From: an uncultured Candidatus Saccharibacteria bacterium
Lineage (GTDB): Bacteria; Patescibacteriota; Dojkabacteria; J137
Assembly (NCBI GenBank): GCA_964414295.1
Contig: CAYPVU010000020.1
Location: forward strand, 43,289 to 107,288
Direction: 5' to 3'
Length of the DNA: 64,000 nucleotides
Position numbers and translations under genes: made by a program. Positions 8,602 to 18,511 of the stretch are shown here, piece after piece. Every line of letters starts with the position of its first letter. Position 1 is the first letter of the stretch. The notes beneath the pieces are model-generated. The model was not told the origin of the DNA and did no database searches. It saw only the letters and a program-made list of their open reading frames with translations.

Positions 8602-10038
8602 ATGTTAAAGATTTTTAATACATTAGGTAGAGAAAAGCAGGTTTTTACACCAATAGAAGAAGGTAAAGTAAGATTCTATCACTGCGGACCTACTGTATAT
8701 TGGACTCAGCATATAGGCAATATGAGAGCTGTTGTTATGGGAGACCTAATTCGAAGGAGTTTAATGTATATGGGATACGATGTTCGATATGTAAGAAATT
8801 ATACCGACTTTGGACACTTAACTTCTGATGGAGATGAAGGAGAGGATAAAATGGAAAAAGGTGCTAAAAGAGAAGGCGTTAGTCCAAAAGAAATAGCAGA
8901 TAAATATATAAAAGAATTTGAAATTGATGTAAATAGTTTAAATGTTTTACCCCCAACTGTTACAGCTAGAGCAACTGACTATTTAGAATCTATGATTCAA
9001 ATGGTAAAAGAACTTTTAGATAAAGGTTATGCTTATTCTACTCCAGCAGCAATTTATTTTGATGTAACTAAGTTTAAAGAATATACAAGCTTAAGCGGGC
9101 AAAAATTAGAAATGAATAAAATAGGAGAAGGTCACGGTGACGTAACAGATAGCAATAAAAAAAATCCAGCTGACTTTGCACTATGGTTTTTTAGAACAGG
9201 ACCTCATAAGAATGCATTGCAATATTGGCCATCACCATTTACTTCATCTGAAGTAGAGAATGGTTTTGGGTTTCCAGGATGGCATATTGAATGTTCTGCT
9301 ATGGCTAAATCTAATCTAGGTGATACTTTAGATTTACATATGGGTGGGGTAGAGCATATTCCTGTTCATCACACTAACGAAATTGCTCAAAGTGAATCTG
9401 CTAATAATGCTAAGTATGTAAATTACTGGGTTCATAATGAACATTTGGATGTAGATGGAACTAAGATGAGCAAATCTTTAGGCAATGTTTACAATCTAAG
9501 CAGTATTATAGAAAAAGGATACAATCCACTAAGTTTAAGATATTTCTTTTTACAGTCTCATTACAGGTCTAAACAAAACTTTACTTTAGAAGCTCTTGAT
9601 GCATCTTCAAAAGCTTACGAAAGGTTACTTAATTTTATAAAGAGCTGGGCTAAAGAAAGTGAAAATACACCAAGACCGGATTATAAAGTGGATGAAGCCT
9701 TTAAAACTCAGTTTGTTGAAGCTTTAGAGGATGATTTTAATATTCCATCAGCTTTAAGTATTGTTTGGGAAGTAACTAAATCCAATTTGCCAAGCTATGT
9801 AAAACTTGGAACATTATTAGATTTTGACAGAGTATTAGGATTAAAACTAGATGAAGCTTTAACTAATCCAAATAGTCTAGAAATACCATTAGAAGCTCAA
9901 ATTCTAATTGATGAAAGAAATATAGCAAGACTTAACAAAGACTGGCTAAAGTCTGATGAATTAAGAGATAAACTTAAAAGTGAATTTGGACTTATTGTAA
10001 AAGATACTTCTAATGGGCAGGAAGTAAGTAAAATATGA
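8602..10038 (+). CDS. cysS: cysteinyl-tRNA synthetase
   Basis: FYHCGPTVY (HIGH-region context) and KMSKSLGN. The length and the C-terminal anticodon-binding helical domain also fit. Confidence 0.9.
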   Translation: MLKIFNTLGREKQVFTPIEEGKVRFYHCGPTVYWTQHIGNMRAVVMGDLIRRSLMYMGYDVRYVRNYTDFGHLTSDGDEGEDKMEKGAKREGVSPKEIADKYIKEFEIDVNSLNVLPPTVTARATDYLESMIQMVKELLDKGYAYSTPAAIYFDVTKFKEYTSLSGQKLEMNKIGEGHGDVTDSNKKNPADFALWFFRTGPHKNALQYWPSPFTSSEVENGFGFPGWHIECSAMAKSNLGDTLDLHMGGVEHIPVHHTNEIAQSESANNAKYVNYWVHNEHLDVDGTKMSKSLGNVYNLSSIIEKGYNPLSLRYFFLQSHYRSKQNFTLEALDASSKAYERLLNFIKSWAKESENTPRPDYKVDEAFKTQFVEALEDDFNIPSALSIVWEVTKSNLPSYVKLGTLLDFDRVLGLKLDEALTNPNSLEIPLEAQILIDERNIARLNKDWLKSDELRDKLKSEFGLIVKDTSNGQEVSKI

Positions 10039-10065
10039 AAATTTAAAGTTCGCAATGTAAGGACT

Positions 10066-11502
10066 TTAAATTCTATTAGCTACTTTCATTAGAAGATCTT
10101 CACTAAAGTTTTTTCCCATTAACTGTAATCCTATTGGCATTCCTGTTTCATCTTTGCCTGCTGGTACAGCTATAGCTGGAATACCTACTATATTTGCAGT
10201 TACTGTATAAATATCTACTAAATACATTTGAACAGGATCATTTGATTTTTCACCTAGCTTAAACGCTGTTACAGGAGATATTGGGGTTAATAAGCAATCA
10301 ACTTCTTCAAATGCTTTATCGAATTCGCGTTTTAATTTAGTTCTAACTTTACTTGCCTGTTTATAAAATGCATCAGAATAACCTGCGCTTAGGGAATATG
10401 TACCAATCATTATTCTTCTTTTTACTTCAGGTTCTAAATACTGACTTCTAGATTCAAACAGATTTTCTTCGTAATTATCATTTACTTTTTTGCCGTATCT
10501 TACACCATCGTATCTTGCTCTATTAGAAGATATTTCTGCAGGTACTAAAATATAATACACGCTTAAAGCATATTTAGTACTTGGGATAGAAACTTCCTTT
10601 ATTTTGGCTCCCTTAGATTTTAATTCTTCAACTTTTGCTTCAATTGCATTTTTTACAGATTCATTAACACCTTCACCAAAAAATTCCTTTGGTAATCCAA
10701 TTGTTATATTACTTAAATCTATATTACTTAGTTCGTTTAAATAAGAAGGAACTTCTACTTCTTGAGTTGTGGCATCATTTAGGTCTTTTCCAGCCATAAC
10801 TTCCTCTAATAAAGCCATATCTTCTACATTTCTAGTAAAGAAACCTGGGGTATCAAAAGAAGAACCCATTGCTCCAATTCCATATCTGGAGTTTCTTCCG
10901 TAAGTAGGTTTAAGTGAATAAATTCCGCAAAAACTTGCTGGTAATCTAACAGATCCGCCTGTATCTGTACCTAAAGAAAAGAATCCAACACCAGCTAATA
11001 AACTTGCTGCCGATCCTGAACTTGAACCACCAGGGGTTTTTGTAAAATCCAAAGGATGTTTAGTTGGTCCAAATCCTGAATTTTCACCACTACCGCCAAA
11101 TCCCCATGGATCTGAATTGCATTTCCCAATTAGAATAGCTCCTTCATCTAAACATTTTTGTACAACTGTAGATGTGTATGGTGCTATAAAATCAGACATT
11201 AATTGTGAAGAAAATGTAGTTTTAGTATCTTTTACTAAATATAGATCTTTAGCTGTAAAAGGAATTCCTAATAATCTAAATTTACTTACATCCTCCCCAG
11301 ATTCTATTCTAGCGTCTATTAGTTTTGCTTGTTCAATAGCACCATCTAATATTGTTATAAATGCATTTATTTGTGGATTTATTTGATGAGCTCTTTGCAG
11401 ATGCTCACTTACTAAATCAGCAACTTTTACTTCTTTATTCTTTATTTTTTCAACAGTTTTAATTAAGCTCTCGATTGTAGGAATTTCTAAGCTATTGGTC
11501 AT
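10066..11502 (-). CDS. gatA: Asp/Glu-tRNA(Asn/Gln) amidotransferase subunit A (amidase signature)
   Basis: Amidase signature GGSSSGSAASLLAG, a Ser-cisSer-Lys triad context, and 478 aa. Confidence 0.85.
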   Translation of the reverse strand: MTNSLEIPTIESLIKTVEKIKNKEVKVADLVSEHLQRAHQINPQINAFITILDGAIEQAKLIDARIESGEDVSKFRLLGIPFTAKDLYLVKDTKTTFSSQLMSDFIAPYTSTVVQKCLDEGAILIGKCNSDPWGFGGSGENSGFGPTKHPLDFTKTPGGSSSGSAASLLAGVGFFSLGTDTGGSVRLPASFCGIYSLKPTYGRNSRYGIGAMGSSFDTPGFFTRNVEDMALLEEVMAGKDLNDATTQEVEVPSYLNELSNIDLSNITIGLPKEFFGEGVNESVKNAIEAKVEELKSKGAKIKEVSIPSTKYALSVYYILVPAEISSNRARYDGVRYGKKVNDNYEENLFESRSQYLEPEVKRRIMIGTYSLSAGYSDAFYKQASKVRTKLKREFDKAFEEVDCLLTPISPVTAFKLGEKSNDPVQMYLVDIYTVTANIVGIPAIAVPAGKDETGMPIGLQLMGKNFSEDLLMKVANRI

Positions 11503-11719
11503 TTAAGATTGAGTTAAATTTATTCTATGGAATTTTAACTTAAGAAATAAAGTTTTAACAGTATAGCTTTAAATAGATTTTGTTATTTACTTATGGCAGA
11601 AGATTGAATATAATTCCCCTATGAATTCAAATTCAAGTCACTACAACTTTAAAGGTTTAGCACTCATTATTATTAGAGTTTCTACTTTTAGGGAGTGACA
11701 TTTATAGATGTTATTTATA

Positions 11720-11746
11720 AAGCCTCCCAAAGGGAGGCTTTTTTAT
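11720..11746 (+). terminator. intrinsic terminator-like hairpin immediately upstream of the 11754 gene (may terminate a small RNA or act as an attenuator)
   Basis: AAGCCTCCC-AAA-GGGAGGCTT followed by TTTTTT. Confidence 0.5.
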
Positions 11747-11753
11747 TATCTTT

Positions 11754-13445
11754 ATGAAAAACGTTAAAAAACTAGAAGCATTATTAGAATATCCATTAAA
11801 GCAATACGACTTTGATGCAATTCTACGGTTAGACTACATGTTAGAAAAGTATAAAGTTTTTGAGACTTTAGATGCTTCTACACATAATATTAAAAGTCAT
11901 TTAATTGGAACTGCCAAGAATGTTGCAAAATGCTTTGATGAATACACAGCTAGCTTAAATTTAATTAACTATGATTATTTAAAAACAACTGCTGTTCTAG
12001 CTGGGTTCTTTCATGATTTGGGTAAGGTATTGTGGGAAGGCAGGGCTATATATGATTCTTTAGAAATTGAGGTCTTATTAAGAAAGTATGGATTTAAAGA
12101 TATTGCTCAAGCAGTTAGACACAACCCATATTTATTTTTGTATGATTTACACAATGGGCATGTAACAATACCACAGTTAGTGGTTACTTATGCTGACTCT
12201 CAAGTAAACTCTGCTGGAGAATATGTTGATAGAAAAGTTAGATTAGAGAAGATTCTAAACAATAAAAGGATTAACAAAACATTTCAAAAAGAGTATTGGT
12301 CAATACTTGAACGAGTTTACGTAAATAGAGTTATAAGAACTCCTCATAGCATAACTAAAATCTCATTTTTTGAAAGATGCGATGGAAGGTATCCAGTTTC
12401 TAACTCTATTGAATCCTTAGGTAAGCTATCGTCTTATCATTTAGCAAAAGAAATGAGCAAGATGGGATACAGTGTTAGTATATTTACCGATAATAGTAAT
12501 GAATTTAATACAGAAGGCATTAACTTTTATGGAATAGGGAGTGATTTATTAGAAAGTTATTCTGCAGCAAAAAAGTTTGATATTACTTTTGTAACAGGAT
12601 GGACATCATTATTTTCGTTATTAAAAAAATCTAATAGCAATTTACCAATGATGGTAATGAGGTCATTAAAAGAAAGTTCATTAAATTCAAAAAGAGTAGA
12701 GCCTTTACTTGAAAATGATTCAAGAGTAATTTTGGTTTCTAAAGAATCAAAGTCATTACTACTAAAGTATACGGATAAAAAAACAGCAAACTTTAGAGTT
12801 ATAGCAAATGGAATCGATAAAAAGACATTTTTCTATAAATCAGGTAATGTACTAAATCAATTTGTTTATGCAGGGGCAACTGTAGAGGAGAAAGGAATTT
12901 ACGAAGTTATAGAAATTGCAAAGGCTTTTCCTAATTTAAAATGCATTATTGCAGGCTCAGCAAATATGTATGGTCAAAATGAAATTAGTAAGGATAAATT
13001 GCCAGACAATATAGTCTTTTTAGGTGAAGTAAGCCAAAGTCAGTTAGCAGAAATTTATAGAACATCGCTATTTAGTCTTGCTTTAACAGATCCAGAAAAA
13101 ATATTTGAAACTTTTGGAAAGTCTGCAGCAGAGTCTCAATTATGTGGTTGTCCTGTTTTGCATTTAAAAAATGGAGGGTTAAATTCAACTGTCTTAGAAT
13201 ATAAATTAAACTTTGGTTTAAAGAAATTTAATTTAGTTAAATTTGCAGAGTTTATAAATCAAAACCTAAATAACTTTAGTGATAGCAATCAAAGAGAAGA
13301 ATTAGCACTTAAAGCTAATGAAGTACACAGAAGTTGGAAAACAATTGCAGGTAATTACTTATTAAGTGCTAATATTGAACTTATACTTTCATTAAAAAAG
13401 TTATTAACAACAAAGCAAAAAATCTTTGATTATTTGTATTCATAA
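11754..13445 (+). CDS. fusion protein: N-terminal HD-domain phosphohydrolase plus C-terminal GT4-type (GT1 fold) glycosyltransferase
   Basis: HD motif LAGFFHDLGK (His...HD). The C-terminal segment has an E-x7-E-like motif ETFGKSAAESQLCGCPV, typical of GT-B retaining glycosyltransferases. Confidence 0.6.
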   Translation: MKNVKKLEALLEYPLKQYDFDAILRLDYMLEKYKVFETLDASTHNIKSHLIGTAKNVAKCFDEYTASLNLINYDYLKTTAVLAGFFHDLGKVLWEGRAIYDSLEIEVLLRKYGFKDIAQAVRHNPYLFLYDLHNGHVTIPQLVVTYADSQVNSAGEYVDRKVRLEKILNNKRINKTFQKEYWSILERVYVNRVIRTPHSITKISFFERCDGRYPVSNSIESLGKLSSYHLAKEMSKMGYSVSIFTDNSNEFNTEGINFYGIGSDLLESYSAAKKFDITFVTGWTSLFSLLKKSNSNLPMMVMRSLKESSLNSKRVEPLLENDSRVILVSKESKSLLLKYTDKKTANFRVIANGIDKKTFFYKSGNVLNQFVYAGATVEEKGIYEVIEIAKAFPNLKCIIAGSANMYGQNEISKDKLPDNIVFLGEVSQSQLAEIYRTSLFSLALTDPEKIFETFGKSAAESQLCGCPVLHLKNGGLNSTVLEYKLNFGLKKFNLVKFAEFINQNLNNFSDSNQREELALKANEVHRSWKTIAGNYLLSANIELILSLKKLLTTKQKIFDYLYS

Positions 13446-13521
13446 TTAGAACACTAACTTGTATTAGGTATAAATATTCTGTATTCTTATTAAGTATTGT
13501 TGTACTTATTAAGAAAAATAT

Positions 13522-15378
13522 ATGGGACTACTAGATTTTATTTCTAAAGGTGGTAATAACGCACAGGATCCTAATACAAATCCACCCGCTGTACCTGATT
13601 TTGCAAGTATTCAGCAAAGTTACACAAATCAATCTTTAGCTAATGTTTCTTATCCTATGGCAAATCCTACACCATATACACCAACTAATCCTGTTCCTCC
13701 TCAGTATAATCCTACAGAGCAACAGAGGCAGGAATTTCCTGATGTAAATGCTGCCCCAGCACCTGAGTTTGCACCAAATGCAGCAGTAGCACCTCAGCCT
13801 TTAGATATTATGGAACAAGGAAATGTACCTATGCAGGGTAATGTTACTATGCCAGAGATTCCACCAATGACGCAAAAATTAGTACAGAATCAGAATATTC
13901 AACCAGAAAATACTACAGATGTTCCTGCAGATGGATATGTAGACCCAAGTAAACATCCTGTAATTCCTGCTGTAGTTCCAAATCAAGGACATACTGCAAC
14001 ATTACCTGAGGGAATTAAGATTACAACTTTTGAACCTGTTAATCCTGAAAGTGAATCAGCTGCTGTTCCTCAACCAGTAGCAAATGAACCTGTAGTTGAT
14101 CAGCCACAATCTGTAGAAGTTCCGGAAGTAAAACCTTTTGAAGTTCAACCTAGTCCTGAATTTGCAGTTAGCAACTTTGATTCAAACACATCTTTAAATG
14201 TTGGTATAGAAGCAGCTCCTACTACCAATCAGTTTGAAAGTACAACTGTTGCACCGATGCAGAATAATAGTGTAGAACTACCAGTTATGCCAGATGTTAA
14301 TACATTAACACCTGTAAATACTGAAGCAATTTCAGCTTTACCTAGTCAAGTATTAACTCCAGAAGTTCCTGTAAATCAGAATGAAATTGCAAATCAGTCA
14401 CAATCAATTGAATCTCAAGCACAACAATCAAACTTACCTACTGAACCTGCAGTTGAACAGTCAGCGCCGGTAGAAGGAATTGAAATTGGTGTAGGGAGTA
14501 TGGATTCTCCAATGGCAGATTTGACTTCAGCACAAAACAGTAACTTAGATCCTATGCCAGCAGTAGAATCAACTTTGCCAGTGGCTTCTACAAATGAAAT
14601 ATCAACATTAGACCCAAATAATGCTCTAGTAGAGGATGTTACACAAAATGCTGTAATTCCTGTTCCTGAAGTAACAGAAGTAAAAGAATCAAAAGCCGAA
14701 ACAGCACCTGAAGCTACACAGCCAGTGCCAGTAAATTTTGAAATGAATTATTTTAGAACTATTGGATTTATAGGTTTAAATACTCAGCCTAATCTTAAAG
14801 TTGTAGAAAAGGTATCAGAGTTAGCAGGAAAATTGTCTGATTATGCAGAAGTATTTATAATTGACTCCGCAAAAGGATATGCGAAGACAATATTTGATAG
14901 TGCTAAAGAAAAGAACATAGAATTAACAGGTATGTACTTAAAACCTTTCCACTCTACTTATAGTGACGAAGCAGAATTAGGTGATTATGAGAATTTTACT
15001 GTAATGATGTTCTCAAATAATTCAGATAAAATTAAGAATTTAATAAAAGAGTCCGACATCTTAGTAATGCCTGAAATTACAGGATTAAATAGTCTTGGTA
15101 CATTGTTTGAGATTTGGTCTACAAATAGTATGTATCCAGGTCAGCATAAGCAGCTTATCTTATTAGGAAAAGGTTGGACAAATATTCTAACTCAGTTAAA
15201 AACATTATTTAAATTAACAGATGCTGATTTAAGCTTTGTTAATGTGTGTGCAACAGCAGAGGAAGCATTAGCAAAAATTACAGAGCTAGATAAAATGTAT
15301 TTAAACAAAGAAGTTAAACAACCAAGAAAGGTTATAGATTTAAGAGAAGAAGATGATGAGGAAGGATTATTTATATAA
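13522..15378 (+). CDS. protein with a ~400-aa P/N/Q/V/E-rich low-complexity N-terminus and a C-terminal LOG/TIGR00730-like (SLOG) Rossmann domain
   Basis: The C-terminal ~200 aa contains MPEITGLNSLGTLFEIWS, resembling the LOG PGGxGTxxE motif. The glycine-rich GGGxGxMG motif is degenerate. Confidence 0.5.
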   Translation: MGLLDFISKGGNNAQDPNTNPPAVPDFASIQQSYTNQSLANVSYPMANPTPYTPTNPVPPQYNPTEQQRQEFPDVNAAPAPEFAPNAAVAPQPLDIMEQGNVPMQGNVTMPEIPPMTQKLVQNQNIQPENTTDVPADGYVDPSKHPVIPAVVPNQGHTATLPEGIKITTFEPVNPESESAAVPQPVANEPVVDQPQSVEVPEVKPFEVQPSPEFAVSNFDSNTSLNVGIEAAPTTNQFESTTVAPMQNNSVELPVMPDVNTLTPVNTEAISALPSQVLTPEVPVNQNEIANQSQSIESQAQQSNLPTEPAVEQSAPVEGIEIGVGSMDSPMADLTSAQNSNLDPMPAVESTLPVASTNEISTLDPNNALVEDVTQNAVIPVPEVTEVKESKAETAPEATQPVPVNFEMNYFRTIGFIGLNTQPNLKVVEKVSELAGKLSDYAEVFIIDSAKGYAKTIFDSAKEKNIELTGMYLKPFHSTYSDEAELGDYENFTVMMFSNNSDKIKNLIKESDILVMPEITGLNSLGTLFEIWSTNSMYPGQHKQLILLGKGWTNILTQLKTLFKLTDADLSFVNVCATAEEALAKITELDKMYLNKEVKQPRKVIDLREEDDEEGLFI

Positions 15379-15393
15379 GTAGTATTACTAAAT

Positions 15394-15425
15394 AAAAAAA
15401 GGACTCTTTTAAGAGTCCTTTTTTA
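15394..15425. terminator. bidirectional intrinsic terminator
   Basis: AAAAAAA-GGACTCTT-TT-AAGAGTCC-TTTTTT between convergent genes. Confidence 0.65.
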
Positions 15426-15438
15426 ATAGGTAATCTTC

Positions 15439-16875
15439 TTATTTAAGCTTAAGTTCAAATTTATATATGTTATTGACTTCTAATCCTGTAGCATCTTTTT
15501 CCTGTATAAGTGCATAGATTTCGGTATTATTATTCGCAAATAATAATTTATTGTCTACAAATTTAAAATCTTCAAGCAAAGTATGAGCATTAAGTCCATC
15601 ATAGTCCATAATTGTAGCTTTATTATTCTTAAAGAACACAATGTTCTTGCCAGTAGAAGCAAATTCTAAATTATCAAAATCCTCTAAAGAAATATTTAAA
15701 CTATAATTAAATGTATCTAAGGTATTAGCATTAAAGTTATCTTCTGTATAATACGAATGCAAACTATTATTCTTAGTGTACAGTATTAGTCTTCCATTAC
15801 TTAAACCTTTGTAAAAGTTTGCTGTAGTGTCTATAACATCTACAAACTCTTTTTGAAGATCTACATAGTACAAAGTATTGTTTGTAGATAGTACTAATAT
15901 ATTAGGATTTTCTGCTACAGTATAAACATTATCTAGTTGATTTGGGATAAATGGCACTAGTTTAGATGTAAATTTATACTCTGCTATAGCTTTGTTTGTA
16001 TAGTAATAGAGTTTATTATTTCTTATAAAATAAATAGTATTTGTTGTTACGCTGATTGTAGAATCGCTTTCAGTTAAATTTACTAGACTAATTTGTTGAC
16101 TTACTAAATCATACTCAAAGTAGTAATTATCGTATTTAAATATTATTGATTGATCCTCTTTAAACCAAGAGAGCTCTTGAGTTGTATTAATATTTAACTG
16201 CTGATTTAAATTGGTTCTTTTTGTAGTATCTGATAGGTTATAAAGGTAGTTGTTACTTCCTGCCTGCAATATGAGTTTATTATTATTGGACGATATTAAA
16301 AGATTATAACTGTTATTTAATAATTCTTCTGTTTCTAGAGCTGTAAACCTTACAATCTGACTTCTTTGGAGTGTGTTAGAAAAATCTAATAAATTTCTAC
16401 TGAGCTTAATTCGCCAAATTCCATCTAAAGCACTTTTATTCAGTACAGTGTAGTAAATATATTGTCCATCTGCTGAATAAAAACTCTTGCTTATATTTTG
16501 CTCTGCAATTTTAGAAAAAGGTACAGTATTAGGATAAAGCTGAGCAAAAACATCTTTTACAATTCCAGACTCTACTTTAATTTGTTTCTCCCATGGTGAA
16601 TATCCCTCTTTACTTAATCGTAAGTTTACAATACCCGGATTAATTCCTGTAATTCTAAAATCAGAAAGTTGAACTTCTTCGTCATTAATATATGCTTTTA
16701 TGTTGTCTGCTGGTATAGATGTTATTCTTATAATCCCTGTTTGAATAAACTGGCCACTTTCTTCTAATTTTTGTCCTTGAGAAATAATTAAAACAACAAT
16801 AGAAGCAACTAAAAATAAACCCAATGAAGCCAATGGGAGTATAAATTTTAATATAGATTTGGTAATTTTGGTCAT
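15439..16875 (-). CDS. signal-anchored secreted protein with an N-terminal PEGA-like domain and a beta-rich C-terminal region
   Basis: An N-terminal TM is followed by ITSIPADNIKAYINDEEVQ...GINPGIVNLRLSKEGYSPWEKQIKV (PEGA-like). The rest is N/Y/S/T-rich repeat-like sequence. Confidence 0.45.
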   Translation of the reverse strand: MTKITKSILKFILPLASLGLFLVASIVVLIISQGQKLEESGQFIQTGIIRITSIPADNIKAYINDEEVQLSDFRITGINPGIVNLRLSKEGYSPWEKQIKVESGIVKDVFAQLYPNTVPFSKIAEQNISKSFYSADGQYIYYTVLNKSALDGIWRIKLSRNLLDFSNTLQRSQIVRFTALETEELLNNSYNLLISSNNNKLILQAGSNNYLYNLSDTTKRTNLNQQLNINTTQELSWFKEDQSIIFKYDNYYFEYDLVSQQISLVNLTESDSTISVTTNTIYFIRNNKLYYYTNKAIAEYKFTSKLVPFIPNQLDNVYTVAENPNILVLSTNNTLYYVDLQKEFVDVIDTTANFYKGLSNGRLILYTKNNSLHSYYTEDNFNANTLDTFNYSLNISLEDFDNLEFASTGKNIVFFKNNKATIMDYDGLNAHTLLEDFKFVDNKLLFANNNTEIYALIQEKDATGLEVNNIYKFELKLK

Positions 16876-16906
16876 ATCTCCATTTTAAGTCAAATTACTT
16901 TAAATT

Positions 16907-18466
16907 TCATCTAACAAGTTGTTTTTCACTCCATGTTACTCTTTTTGTATGTTCCTGACCTAACATCATTCTAGTTGTAGACTCAATAAACGGTAAGAAT
17001 CCAAAAGTGAAGAGAGATATAATGTTAAATGGTATTTCGACTATTAAAGTAGCTATATACTTAACTATTGGCATCTTTTTAGGTCTAGAAGGAATAATAA
17101 ATAATTTTATAATTGTATTAGGAATTAAAAATAGAGTAGCTAAAGTTAAAAGGTTCGATACAGTTTGTGGTACTGTTATTGATATTACTTGTCTACTAAG
17201 TTCATAATTAATCAAAAATACAATTGGAATTCCAAATGCAATTAGAAACGCCAATACTTTCCAAAAGACAAATACTTCAAACAAATGATAAATCTTAGTT
17301 ATTCTCTCAATTAAAGGAATATTCTTGTTATATAAAAGCTCCTTAGTTGCTAAAGGAAAAGTTATTACCCCCCAACCCCATCTTACATATTGCTTGTACT
17401 GATCTACATGATTTTTAAAGTAGTTTTTATTATAGACTGCATCTGCACTTAATGGGGTAAAGAATACTTCGCATTTCCAATCACCATTAAAGTAAAAGTA
17501 AGGTCTCCAGAAGAAAGTAGTATCATCTATACCAAGAGAAGTATCCCAGTAATTTACAGCTTTCATAACACCTAAATTTAAGGTAAAGCACGACCAAGTT
17601 TCTCTTTTATTCTTTTCTAAAACAGAAGACGATAGCACGGGTAATGTAAGTCCAACCATTAAAATTCTTACAAGCATTGGAACATCCCAATAGTTATTAT
17701 TAAATGTGTATAGTCCAGTTTGGTAAAACTTCTTATTTCTTTTTTCTGCTGTTAACCATCTAAAAGTTAGTGAAGCTAAATAATCTCCGCTAAAAACTAA
17801 ATCTCCATCTGGAGCAGTAATTAAAAATTCATTTATATCTTCGCCTCTACTTTCTAATATCTCTACAGTTTGTCTTGTTCCCCAGGTTCTATTTGCAGCA
17901 GCACCTATAGCTTCACCGTCAATATTTTCTGGATGAGTAAAGCAAAACAATCTATCACCAAATATATCTCCAAAGTCTCTTTTTAGATATTCACCTCTTT
18001 TAGCATATTCGGGGTCTTTTTTTGCTTTTCTTTCTTCAATAGAAACAGCTAAATAAATTAACTCTGTAGGGTAATTTTGATTAATCAAGGCATTAATAGA
18101 TCTTTTTATTACATCGTACTCTTCTCCATAATTTGCAATTACTATTAATTGTTTAGGTAGAAGTCCACTTTTAGGAAGAGTTTCTGGTTCAGGCAGTAAA
18201 TTCCTATCTAAAGAAAGACATTCTTTAAGCCAATCTTTTTTTGAAGCTCTCCAAACTTGAAAATATCCAATTATTGAACCAATGCTTAGTATAAAAGCTC
18301 TATAGACCCAGTAGACAGATAAGACTACTAAAATATTAATAATAAGATATGGGAAAGAAAATCCTAGCCATAATGGTGATAGTAGAAATACCCAAATCAA
18401 AACCCCAGGAATAATTTCTAAAATTCTTTGAATAATTCTGTCATTAAAAGCTCTTTCCTTAGTCAT
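16907..18466 (-). CDS. processive family-2 glycosyltransferase (membrane-embedded polysaccharide synthase; cellulose/chitin/hyaluronan-synthase-like)
   Basis: Two N-terminal and several C-terminal TM helices flank a GT-A domain. The domain has a DGD (DxD) motif and the QxxRW hallmark (QYVRW). Confidence 0.65.
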   Translation of the reverse strand: MTKERAFNDRIIQRILEIIPGVLIWVFLLSPLWLGFSFPYLIINILVVLSVYWVYRAFILSIGSIIGYFQVWRASKKDWLKECLSLDRNLLPEPETLPKSGLLPKQLIVIANYGEEYDVIKRSINALINQNYPTELIYLAVSIEERKAKKDPEYAKRGEYLKRDFGDIFGDRLFCFTHPENIDGEAIGAAANRTWGTRQTVEILESRGEDINEFLITAPDGDLVFSGDYLASLTFRWLTAEKRNKKFYQTGLYTFNNNYWDVPMLVRILMVGLTLPVLSSSVLEKNKRETWSCFTLNLGVMKAVNYWDTSLGIDDTTFFWRPYFYFNGDWKCEVFFTPLSADAVYNKNYFKNHVDQYKQYVRWGWGVITFPLATKELLYNKNIPLIERITKIYHLFEVFVFWKVLAFLIAFGIPIVFLINYELSRQVISITVPQTVSNLLTLATLFLIPNTIIKLFIIPSRPKKMPIVKYIATLIVEIPFNIISLFTFGFLPFIESTTRMMLGQEHTKRVTWSEKQLVR

Positions 18467-18511
18467 TTTATCCTTTAAATCTTTATGTTAATATAAATCC
18501 GTACTAGCTTA

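Noticed and set aside
10039-10065. Weak hairpin TTAAAGT-(13 nt)-ACTTTAA between convergent cysS and gatA
   Set aside because: It is AT-only and has a long loop. Its predicted stability is too low to call a terminator with confidence.
11117-11386. 89-aa ORF on the plus strand inside gatA
   Set aside because: It lies wholly antisense within a well-supported amidase gene and has no motifs. It is typical shadow ORF behaviour in AT-rich DNA. The same applies to the other short ORFs in the track that are nested or antisense in larger genes: 17007-17207, 23711-23896, 25709-26017, 29039-29242, 30739-30933, 33960-34148, 37351-37545, 38491-38727, 40170-40499, 41737-41952, 45680-45868, 46473-46697, 46923-47105, 49068-49319, 49464-49658, 49858-50040, 50418-50765, 54001-54375, 54706-55035, 55679-55975, 57146-57412, 59749-60096, 61504-61716 and 62012-62212.
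11657-11683. Exact CIRCE left half-site TTAGCACTC upstream of the HD-GT gene
   Set aside because: The sequence 9 nt downstream is AGAGTTTCT, not GAGTGCTAA (5/9 match at best). It is not an inverted repeat and probably not an HrcA operator.
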